NCBI GenBank assembly: GCA_012295275.1
Contig: CM022672.1
Location: 18,352,001 to 18,416,000, forward strand
Reading direction: 5' to 3'
Origin: Chrysomallon squamiferum
Lineage: Eukaryota > Animalia > Mollusca
Length of the DNA: 64,000 nt
Shown here: positions 28,804 through 40,328 of the stretch, piece by piece
How the letters are laid out: every line of letters begins with the position of its first letter
Position numbering within the stretch: position 1 is the stretch's first letter
Made by a program: the position numbers and the translations under genes
The notes under the pieces: model-generated
Seen by the model: only the letters and a program-made list of their open reading frames with translations
Databases searched by the model: none
Told to the model about the DNA's origin: nothing

Positions 28804-29985
28804 ATGTCGGAATTAAACGGGAACACTGTTCATATCAGCAGTCCTGGCGGGACTTACATGGATCAGTACAGACCTGGTGTTGAAAACGTCACGGATAAGT
28901 GTGTAAACGTCACGGAAATTTACCATTACGCGCCAGTCGATGCCGAGTTTATAGCTGCGTCCATTGTTCTGGTCGCCATCAACTTGGCGGTCCTCTTCGG
29001 AAACAGCCTCGTTGTTGCAGCCGTGTTTAAAACAAGGAAACTGCGCACTGTTACCAATATTTTCATAGTCAATCTGGCCTGTGCAGATCTGTTGCTCGGT
29101 ATTCTTGTGTTACCCTTTTCAGCCACGCTGGAAATCTTGGATGTGTGGATTTTTGGAGTTCTGTGGTGTCACGTGTGGCTTGCTGTGGACGTCTGGCTCT
29201 GCACGGCCTCCATCTTTAACCTGTGCTGCATCAGCCTGGACAGGTATCTCGCTATAACGAGACCAATGAAGTACCCCGCGCTCATGTCGTCCAAGCGGGG
29301 TAAAATCCTCGTGTTTTTGATATGGGTGATTTCGTTCATAATTTGCTTCCCGCCTCTCATAGGCTGGAACGAAGACAGCCCTGATAGCAACCAGGTCCCA
29401 GAGAGTGACAGCAACAGCAGCTGGTACGCGGAATTTAACATGTTCACTAACGACAGTTTTTACGACAATACGCAGTTCTCCATTTTTCAGACAGCGGCCA
29501 GTCCTGTCGATCCTTCGTGCGTTTCGGAGCCTTTTATTTGCATGCTAACAAACGCTAGGGGATACAGAATCTACGCTTCCCTGGGCTCGTTTTATCTTCC
29601 AATGTTAATTTTGATATTTTTCTACATACAGATTTACAGAGCAGCTGCAAAGACTATATCGGGGTACGAAAAAGGGGTGGTCACATCGAAGGCCAACGGC
29701 GCAAGCGATAAAAACACCCTGAACAGGGCGGTCACGCTGAGAGTTCACAGAGGGGGCGGGGCGACCAGCACCGTCAACAAGCCACCGGTGCCGCAGTCCC
29801 TCAGTTCCGAGATGGCGCTGACGTTCTGTAACGAGCAGACGTCGTTGAAGCGCGAACATTCTTTCCGAAGCGCAGCGTCTAAGACGTCTGCGACTTCGTC
29901 GAGCACACCGCCGCGGTTTCAGCGACGATTTCGCAGTAAGAGCAACACGTTGGAAATGTTCGACGGCCACAGCGGCTCACGCTAA
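28804..29985 (+). CDS. Alpha-adrenergic-like octopamine receptor (OAMB/Lymnaea OA1-like class A GPCR), N-terminal part: TM1-TM5 and most of ICL3
   Basis: 393-aa ORF with GNSLVVAAV (TM1), NLACADLLLG (TM2), WLAVDVWLCTASIFNLCCISLDRY (TM3 with amine-binding Asp and DRY), WVISFIICFPPLIGW (TM4) and GYRIYASLGSFYLP (TM5). N-terminal NxT sequons are present. The ORF ends at TAA 29983-29985 within ICL3. The subtype call is from recalled motif similarity, not a search. Confidence 0.9.
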   Translation: MSELNGNTVHISSPGGTYMDQYRPGVENVTDKCVNVTEIYHYAPVDAEFIAASIVLVAINLAVLFGNSLVVAAVFKTRKLRTVTNIFIVNLACADLLLGILVLPFSATLEILDVWIFGVLWCHVWLAVDVWLCTASIFNLCCISLDRYLAITRPMKYPALMSSKRGKILVFLIWVISFIICFPPLIGWNEDSPDSNQVPESDSNSSWYAEFNMFTNDSFYDNTQFSIFQTAASPVDPSCVSEPFICMLTNARGYRIYASLGSFYLPMLILIFFYIQIYRAAAKTISGYEKGVVTSKANGASDKNTLNRAVTLRVHRGGGATSTVNKPPVPQSLSSEMALTFCNEQTSLKREHSFRSAASKTSATSSSTPPRFQRRFRSKSNTLEMFDGHSGSR

Positions 29986-30481
29986 CAATGGGTGCGCCGG
30001 CGTCAGCTACCAACGGTCAAACTGTAAAGATTCCAAAAACCGGAGCTCCGATTTCAAAGGAGGAAGTTCAGGTTTCACCAACAGGAAACATCTGACAACG
30101 TTACAAAGACAAGGAAGGAACCTCAAGGCACACATGAAGAAATTCAATCGCGAGAAAAAAGCTGCGAAAACTCTCGCTATCATAGTTGGTGCTTTCATTT
30201 TCTGCTGGATGCCGTTCTTCACGATTTACGTGATCGATGGATTCTGTTCCCAATGTATTCATCCGCATGTGTTTTCAGTGTTTTTCTGGCTCGGATATTG
30301 CAATTCCGCCATTAATCCTTGCGTGTACGCACTATTTTCACGTGACTTCCGTTTTGCCTTTAAGAAATTGCTGACTTGGAATCGACTGAGAAGGAAAATG
30401 ACGAAATCTCTGTCAGAAAATATTTCCATGCATCAGATGAAGTCAACACACCACAACAGCGACGACATGTCAGAGAGCTGA
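29986..30481 (+). CDS. Octopamine receptor C-terminal part (end of ICL3, TM6, TM7, helix 8), in a different frame from the N-terminal part
   Basis: Frame 2 is open from 29849 to TGA 30479-30481 and reads ...QGRNLKAHMKKFNREKKAAKTLAIIVGAFIFCWMPFF (TM6, CWxP)...FFWLGYCNSAINPCVY (TM7, NPxxY)...FSRDFRFAFKKLL (helix 8). The exact junction with frame 1 is unresolved. Confidence 0.88.
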
Positions 30482-31008
30482 CGCGACAGAGATGAATATA
30501 ACTGAGTTTCAGTATTATTTATTTATTTATTTTATTTATTTTATAAAATACGTAATTTTTGTTTGTTCTTTCACAGCCATAAGTCATTACTGTTTTTGTT
30601 TTCATTCGTTGTTGCTTTATTTCGTTTAAAGTTATTATCTTTCATTATTTTTAAATATACTATTTTGTCAAACTTTTGAATCGACTTCATTTTATTTTAT
30701 TTTGTTTTATTTTTATGCAGTACTCTATAACACAGAATTAATGTTTTAGTACTCCAGTTAAAAAATGCCTGTGACCGAACATTACTTCAGTGAATTCAGA
30801 AATTACTTTCACATTTTTGCATGTCTTGAAATGAAATGACTATACAGTCTGCTGTAGTTTGTTTTCAGTTTCATCAAATTTACATTGCACAGTAATCGAT
30901 TCTAGAAAATATATTTTCATATCCGACTGAAATAATTGTCTACTTGTATTGTTAAATTAATTATATATTTCTGACACTGAATATGACTCCTGAATCAACT
31001 GCATATTC

Positions 31009-31014
31009 AATAAA
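31009..31014 (+). terminator. Candidate poly(A) signal for the receptor gene
   Basis: AATAAA about 530 nt after the stop codon. The context is AT-rich, so this is weak. Confidence 0.3.
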
Positions 31015-32007
31015 TAAATAAAAATTAACTATAGTGAGAAAGGTAACAACGTCAGTAAGAGGGACATATACTTGGCAACAACAAACAAACAACAACAGCA
31101 ACAACAATAAGAACAACAACAACAACATAATAATAATAATAATAATAATAAAACAGGTTGAAGATTAAATATCTGCAATTCGAAAATTTCCCATATGTAA
31201 ATTTTTTTGCTTGGGCAGCTGAAGTAGCCAAAGCTTATAATTTTCCGATGTATTTGAAATCAAAGTGGATTTCATGTTTAGACTTAGATCATGTTCTCAG
31301 CCTATATTCGTATTTCGAAATCATTTTTAGACACTTTATAATGATTTTGGATAATGATTTTCAAACTATCACGACGACAACAACAGCAACAATAAAAACA
31401 ACACTAATAATAATAACAACAACAGCAACACAAAGAAGAAATCAAATATGACAACAGCTATAACGTTATTTCGTCAGTCTTTTTTTTTTTTACTTTTCCT
31501 GTTCCACAAAACCTCTACATCCATCCTAATCTGAAGCACAGCACAATGAACACTGACAGATGTTCTCACAATGCAACAATCACCACGGACTAAACTGCTA
31601 ATTCCTTTATGATAAACTGCCAAATTAGATCACATTCTGACACAGTATTTCTATAGCAACAGTAATTCAATTGTAGATTTATGAACTACAGCGTCACCTA
31701 GATGTCGAGACCTAACTCTGAAAGAAAGGAAAGAAAAACCTTTTATGCAACGATGTATTATAAGCATTTTTTAATGTACTTAATGTATTTAATGGCTTCA
31801 AACATGTTTAAGTGGATAAATAGAGAGAAAACCTTCTATTGCTGTGCAATGGGTTATTCTGTTTATATTATCAGCACAAATGGATCTGTTAGGTTCCATA
31901 CATAGACCAGTAAGCATCAAGCATCAACAAGACCTGGGTAACCATTGTTATATTCTTCAGTGGCTTCTTCTGTAAAATATTTTTTAAATTTAGCCATATG
32001 TCAGATT

Positions 32008-32038
<31 letters not shown>

Positions 32039-32608
32039 ATTTAAGTCATGTGGACGTCTCTGGATGTAGGGCCCTGAATCTTAAGTTTCATTAGTTTCAT
32101 AACAGCTCCACCTCTAGCTAGAATAGAGGGTATGCAAGTCTGGAGAAAAAAACCCAATAGGATGACTGATGATTGTATACCGTGTTTACTTTCCGTGAAT
32201 GCTAAATGGTTATATAAACAAGACAACATGCCAAAACACTTCAGTGTAGCTATAAAAAGTATGTCACTAAAAGCTGATGTTTTGTTTAATTACCATCCAT
32301 TTTGTACCAGACAGTTCATCACGGTGTATCTTTGTTGGAAACTCGACTAAAACGATGGGTATTTATTATTTTTCGCAGCATGTATTTTATACATTGTATT
32401 TGTTTGTGTGTGTATGTCTGTCGTGCGTGTGATGGTGTGTGTGACTGTGGATGTATGTGTGTTACGGTACTTTATTGAATATATCATAATATAAAATTAT
32501 GACATAATTTCCATGCAGTCGTGAGCGTGAATATTTCAATAATCCTTTCTGTGAAATGGGTTTCATACATTTCTCGTTACACAAAGGTCCTATCTATTGC
32601 TTATTAAA

Positions 32609-33629
32609 ATATATTTTGAAAAAACAAATTACGTTTGAATATATTTTTTCTAGTAAAATGAAAAAGATGAACAGCTATCTAAGAAAAAAAAAAAAACCCA
32701 AAACTCGCAGTAATAAAATAAATCTAATGTTTTATTTTTTTTATATATATATACTATAAAATAAATTAATATATTTGCATCATGCTTGTAATTATACCAC
32801 CAGTTATACATGTCGGCAATAGCGCCTAAAAAGTATTGGAATTAATGCATACACCCATGAACACTAAACAATCATTATAATAATGTGCTACGTAAAATTA
32901 AAAGACAGAGAAAAAAAGATGCAAGAAAAAAAATTAATAATAAATTAGAAAAACAGAAATAGAAGTGAATTATGTTCCCTTAGTGTATTGTGGAATCGTT
33001 AGATGAAATTGGCCATTTTATGGATCTTCAGTTTGGGAAATGTCCTTGATTATTAACAAAATGATCCGTCACGCAAATTCTTGCTACAGTGATTCGCAGA
33101 AAACCAGTTCATCTGACTGGTATGAAACACGATCCTAACTTCGATTATCACAACGGATTCATCATGCATAAATAATTTTATTACATTATAATCATTTTCA
33201 TCGTAAATATGAAATAACAAGAACTGTTTTTACATAAACATTTTATAACTGCTGCATTACATCCCATTTTCCAAGTAAATATGAAACAAAAAAGTTCCAT
33301 CTTATATAAATATTATATAAGTTTTGCATCATAACGATTTTCCCAATAATTACGACATAAAATCCATCATTCATAAATAATCTGTTATTACATTATTGCA
33401 ACCATTTCTGCGAGTAAACACGAAATTTTACCATCCATCATTCACAAATAATTTGCCATTGCAATATCAAAACCATCTTTGCAAGTAAAATACAAAATAA
33501 CCAAAAGGGGTTGCAAAACTCCAACAATCTGTAGGTTATCATCACTCCTAAGTCATATATATTTTGAAAAAAAAAATTACGTTTGAATATATTTTTACAA
33601 GTAAAATGAAAAAGATGAACAGCTATCTA
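32609..33629. repeat. Pair of ~72-bp direct repeats (32609-32681 and 33557-33629) flanking about 875 bp
   Basis: ATATTTTGAAAAAAnAAATTACGTTTGAATATATTTTT....GTAAAATGAAAAAGATGAACAGCTATCTA is present twice with few mismatches. Confidence 0.85.
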
Positions 33630-35517
33630 TAACACGGATTATCTAGATAACGTTTAAAAGCATAATAACGAAGATGACCATGCTTGTATGTAGCTGAGTG
33701 TTTCTGTCACAAGAGTCCAGACATCGCGACACACTTGTAATCAAATAATGAAGGTCGGGGTGCGCTCTCCCTATCTAACTCCAGTCATAACCGACTGTGG
33801 TTTAACCAGCTTTAAGTCAATTATGTACAAACCTCTCATTCGTGTATTACGCGATATAGTGCATTAGCGGATTTTCATCAAATCACACTAGTGGACGTGA
33901 CCTTATCTGGACACGAGCATTTTGGAATCTACTGCTGCACCACCGAGGAAAAAAATTCGCTTGTCGTCCTACGCAGTATCGTATATAAAAATACTTTCTA
34001 ATTTAAGAAAGTAAACTTATCTGTGTGGCATTTTCATTAAGTTATCGGGTCGAAACATTTATACGTGCATTAATTGCTTATTTTTCTTCTTTCTTTTGTG
34101 TTTTCTATAATTAGTTTTTAATTTTATCTTTCTTAGTTTTTAATTTCATTTTTTTTTTTTTCTTTCTATCTTACTTTCTTTCTTATCCATAACGTCCAGA
34201 CACTGAAATTATATTTTAATCATCTATTATTTTTCGTTTCTTTTTTTTCTGTTTTTCATTTTTCATTCCCCCCCCATCCCCGTGTTGTTGTCTTTCTTTC
34301 TTTCCTTACCACTCTCATTCTTCAGTTTCTGTCTATTTTCTTCCTTCTCGGGACAAAAATTCTTCTTTCTGCACAAAACATTTACAAAAATTTACTGAAA
34401 AATGCTGACGTTGCTTTTTTTTTTGCTATGACAGAACACAAGACCATTGTAATTACATTCATTCTAAAGACAAAAGAAAAAGTTTTATCAATGCAAATTC
34501 GATATTTCTTTTATCAAACGGACGGCAGACGAAAGATCTAGCAAATTATTGTAGTTTTCCTTTTAGTAATTTTGCCTTTGATAATAGAGATAAATGTGTT
34601 GTGTTTTCTTTCAGATAATGTTATATTTACTATTATTCTCTATGGAAATCATTCAAGAGACTAGACTCCCATCTCCTTCGATTACAGATTCTTTTTTTTT
34701 AAATTTTTTTTTTTTTTTTTTTTTTTTTGATCTAGTTATTTTAAAACAAGCTTTTGCAGAGTCTTTCGGGTTTTTTTTATACCTTAACTGTGTAAATGTA
34801 AAAACAAAAACAAAAACCCCACAAATTAATTTTTTTTTTTAAAAGAAGAAACTGTGTAATCGAATTTGTAAAGAAGACAGCTTTAAACATACCTTTATAA
34901 AACAGCAATTACTTCAGTACAACAAAACAAGACATAAACGAACACATTGTTAAGTCTGACCTATACAGAACGCAGACAGATTTTAAGAATTAAGCAAATA
35001 TGTCTAGATCAGCGAATATAGAATTACGTATTTATTTATATCTTGAAATTAATGAAACAACATTTCAATTTTTCCAGGCAAACAGTGTCGTCTGTTTCGA
35101 AAATAAAAAACAGAGAGCGTTATAAGTCTAAACGGTGATTAAGTAATTACATCGTATTGAATTGAAATTTCCGTAATTATGGTTCATATTTATGTATTAC
35201 AGTATTCTAATTAATAAATAAAATAATTATATTCGTCCTGTCGGATAAGGACAATATTACGAAGGTATTAAATAACCCAGTCACGCAATGTTTAGGTTGG
35301 AACTAGCTGTCACATGAGAAACACAGTAACAGAAAGGCTTAACAAAATTAATGATTTTAATAGCACCACGTCTAGGCCTCCTGCTGTCACTACAACACCA
35401 GCTGCTACAACAACGAGAACAACTACTTAGGTTACCACTACTATTATTACCACCACAACTACTGCACTGTTAACACCAGCGATACTATTTCTGTTCCTAT
35501 TGCTATCAATACTATTT

Positions 35518-35578
<61 letters not shown>

Positions 35579-36044
35579 CACTACTATTATTATTACTACT
35601 ATTACTCTACTATAATTCGTACAACATTCACTTCTATTACTGCTACTTCTTCTACTAACACTGTTGCTACTATTATTACAAACACTACAACCTACACTTT
35701 CTCAGTTTGTATGTTTTACAATTAAGCAATTTTGATTTAAATGTTCTTATTAAATTCACAGTTATTCACAGTTATTCACAAACAAGTAACTCAATCCTTT
35801 CTTTTTTATGATGTTGACGACATATTATTTCATGTTATAAGAATAACACTAACTTTAAATAGTGTTATTAACGCACACTGCATCAAGCAACACACACACA
35901 CCACAATCGTTGATAATCTATCACGCTTGCACAATTGACAAGGGACATAACTCCGGCGTTGCACTCTGAAGAGACTTGATTCTTCGACTATGCCTGTAGT
36001 ACAGATTAAACATACGACATGCACTCGCACGCACACTCATACAT

Positions 36045-36089
<45 letters not shown>

Positions 36090-36297
36090 ACACCTGCAAA
36101 GAAATGCACAGAAATTTTAAACTACCAGATTTCTGTTAATAACTGTTATCTTCTCTCCGTTATTAAATTCTAAAAGGCGTGCTGGAGATTTTCCAGGCTT
36201 TACGTCAATACTTTAACCACTATACTATTCTGTTACTTCATTCCAAGAAAAAAATTCGATACCTATTTTTTCATTCATTTTTTTTTTTTTCTTTTTT

Positions 36298-36336
<39 letters not shown>

Positions 36337-36769
36337 GTCAACACCGTAACAAATAAATCCAATACTATTAAAAGAGACATCCTATTATTCACATGCCAGA
36401 ACGAAGTCACGAATTCAAAGGAGTTAATTACCAGTATGAATTCTGAATGCGAGAAAACGTCTATTTTAGCCAGGATGAATTCAGTGCAAAACGAATATTA
36501 TTACGGCATGTGCTGGATTCCTCGTTTGATCGCAAGTCAAGCGAACGGGACAGAAATGTCACAGTCTGCACGCTGTAACGCCACAATTATAATGCAACGT
36601 GTGAGAACAAAAAAAATAAAAAAAAAAAAAAAATTCGATTTAGTCATAAAAAAAATGGAAATGATTGGAAAATTAATATTTTATAATATCATTAGAAGAA
36701 ATGTAACTCCTTAATTGAATGTGCGGCCTGATTATAAAGTTTTAAAAATAACAATTTTATATTTTTTAT

Positions 36770-37004
<235 letters not shown>

Positions 37005-37779
37005 ACGCTCTTTCTTTTAACGAAAATCAGTATTTTATTACAAGTCTTGTACACATGTGTTTCACTCTTTGCAGACATTAGTTTGAATAAGCAAAATAAT
37101 ATTGGATTAAATGAAATTAAATGACATTTATAGACAGATAATCTATCGCCGTGTGTAAATATATCCCTTAAGAAAGACATGCAAAATTACCTGTTTAGAA
37201 AGTCTTATTTGTTAGTGATTTGAAATGCTCTGTAAGTTCTTACCTTCAGTATCTGAAGTAACATATCTGAAATAATTATAAAACGATCAGTGAAACTGTG
37301 AAATTGTTTCCCCTCAAAAATATCATCAACACTTTATAAAAACTAGTTATAAAGGACCGACGTCATAGATACATGACGTCATAATAGATAATGGCGGCTT
37401 TGGTTTTGGATTTTGACAAACAGATGAACGGAGTATAGATTTCGTAAGAACTGTTTTTTCATTTGTTTGTTTCAGTAATGGAAATTGTTTGGTTAAAGGT
37501 AATCACTGGGGTTTGCGATTATAAAGTGTAATCCCTATACTTTCTTGTTTATTAAGTTTGTTACTTCTGTTATTACTACTTCTATTGTTACTAGTACTAT
37601 AACTACTACAACTACTACTACTACTACTGCTACTACTACTACTTCTACTACTTCTACAACTATTGCTGTAATTGTTTTCTTGTTATTATTATTATTATCA
37701 GTCAGACAAGAAACAATTAAGGTGCTAATCAGAGCGAGCTGTTGTGAAGCACGTCTGCGACAGTCACGCTATCTGACAA

Positions 37780-37834
<55 letters not shown>

Positions 37835-38749
37835 CATCTTATACAACTGTTACAGCTATTGTTGTTACTGTTGTTGTTGCGACATCTATAATTATTACTG
37901 CTACTTTTGTTATTATAATGGTTGTATTTGTTGTCGGTATCATTACGTACATTTATTATTATGGCTACTCTATTGGATATTGATGTTGTTGTTGTTGTTG
38001 TTGTTGTTTTATTGTTGCTGCAGCTGCTGCTGTTGATGCTGCTTTCTTAGTAGTTTTATGTATTTTATATACTGTACACAAGTGTGTATGTTTATATGAG
38101 TATGTGTGTTCTTTATGAGTTCTTTTACAGTGGACTTCTTTCAGTCATCTGACTTAATATTTTGACGCTTTTCGTAAACGACGGCCAGTCTCTCAAAATT
38201 TTGCTGTATTTGTTTAAAACCTGAATTTCCGAAAGTGATTAGATACAATCCCATTAGTAATTCTATCAAAGCGTTTAAGAATAAAATGAAAGGGGAAGAA
38301 AAAAACGAGCAGGGGTAAATAAGATATTTCCATATCAAAATAATATTTTCTTTCCTGTCATTGATTTCTTGCAGCCCAATTGGCTGATCTGCCATAAACA
38401 GTTCTGAGATATTTTTCATTTATGGCTGCATAAAGCAAAAGTTCAAACACGACTTGGTAATAAAATGTCTTTGATGTTCTTACCCAAAGAAAAAAAAAAT
38501 AGGAGTAAACCTCAATCGCGTAACGAAGATTGCAATACCGCACATAAGCGAGCTTAACAACGCATTAAAAACTGTTTAGGAGAAAGAGCATTTCGAAATG
38601 AAATTAAAAAATCATAAATTACCATATTGCGATTTTCATTTCGTAGCCATTACGATACACACGAGTGAGTAAGTATCAGCGGCGGTTCCAGGATTTCCTT
38701 AAGCACATTATCCAGCTTCTTTATAGCTCTTCTTTATTTTCTTTCTTTC

Positions 38750-38787
<38 letters not shown>

Positions 38788-39689
38788 TGTGAAAAAATGT
38801 ATCATCATCACAGTCACCATCATTTATTTATTTCATTTATATAGTATTACCATAATTGTTGTTACTATTAATTAATTTTCTTTTCTAGACTATCTGCTAG
38901 AAACTAAAGATGAATGTTATATATATTTCAACGAATATAATATATAATGAAGTTTCTAATTATGAACCAGCAAGTACAAATAATTTCACTATTTTTTTAC
39001 GAGGATTCATTTACAAGAGATTATCCTTCAGTTTGATACATATTAACGATGACCCAGTGATCTACATCTGTATTTCTATCTGTATACCTTTTCTTTGCAC
39101 GTATTGCTAACTACAATAAACAAATATGAAATGACAACAATAAACCACGAAACAATAGAAAATACAACGATGAAGAGACAATACAAACAATGATATATAT
39201 ATATTTTTTTATTTCGCACACCTCTACCTATAAACTTTTCTTGTCGATTCCCTCAAGCGTGTTACCCAACCACTTTACACTGCTTTTATTTTCTTCGTGT
39301 TTTGGAGGAAAGCTACAAACGAGTTCTTATCCCGCACCTTTACCATCACAACAGATTCCCTGTCGAGCACGCAGCGAAGACAGATAATTACGTTAATGGT
39401 TGGACGGTAAATGTGTCGTATTTTCTTTCTTCTGTCACATAAAGCAATGACTGATCCGTTAATTGCCAGTCGGTAAATGGATTTATTAGAACAGCGTGTA
39501 AACGACTGGAACTAACACAAATGTGGCCTTCAGCTCCGCACGTAGTGGGATTAAGTAAAAAAAAAAAAAAAAAAAGCGGTTGAAAGAACTTTATCACTCG
39601 TAAAAGAATAATCCTTTTTATGAATGTATGAACTAGAAACGTAAAAAAAAAAAAAAAAATTAGAAGCTTTAAGTTTTAAGATTTTATAC

Positions 39690-39734
<45 letters not shown>

Positions 39735-39833
39735 GTTGTTGTTGTTGTAGTTGTCGTTTTATTGTTATTACTACTATTGATATATTTAATTAATTATTGT
39801 TGTTGCTGTTGTTGTTGCTCGTTTTCTAATACT

Positions 39834-39865
<32 letters not shown>

Positions 39866-40264
39866 TTATTATTATTATTATTATTACTATTATTATTATT
39901 ATTTAATTATTTAACACTTACGGATTTAATGAGGTTTTTTCTGGTGCTAGGGTTTTGTGGATTATTGCATATTATGCTAATATTCTGAACCGGGGTTTAA
40001 TTATATTTTCAATAATACATAGTTTTGTTCTCCAGAGTTTAGTGTGTTTGAGTTTATATGCATTTTGTTACAAATCTTTATATAGTAAATAATAAAGAAA
40101 ATGATGAAAAAAACCAAAAAAAAACAATAATAACATCTGACCTCTGAAGTCGAAATTTTTTTTAAAAATTTGGCTGGTATATAAAGTATGATAATAAAAC
40201 AAAAAACTTTCGTAAAATGTCAATTATACTTATCTTTCGTTCGTGATATCATATTTTACGGAGA

Positions 40265-40328
<64 letters not shown>

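Noticed and set aside
29983-30027. Stop-codon readthrough or A-to-I editing of the receptor TAA as the rescue mechanism
   Set aside because: Frame 1 hits another TAA 14 codons later and never reaches TM6. A frame change is required, and base editing cannot supply it.
28926-30222. Antisense ORFs (66, 92, 121 and 71 aa) over the receptor
   Set aside because: These are expected shadow ORFs of a GC-richer coding sequence and have no recognisable features.
28804-30481. Calling the receptor a pseudogene
   Set aside because: The only lesion is in the variable ICL3, and all transmembrane motifs are intact.
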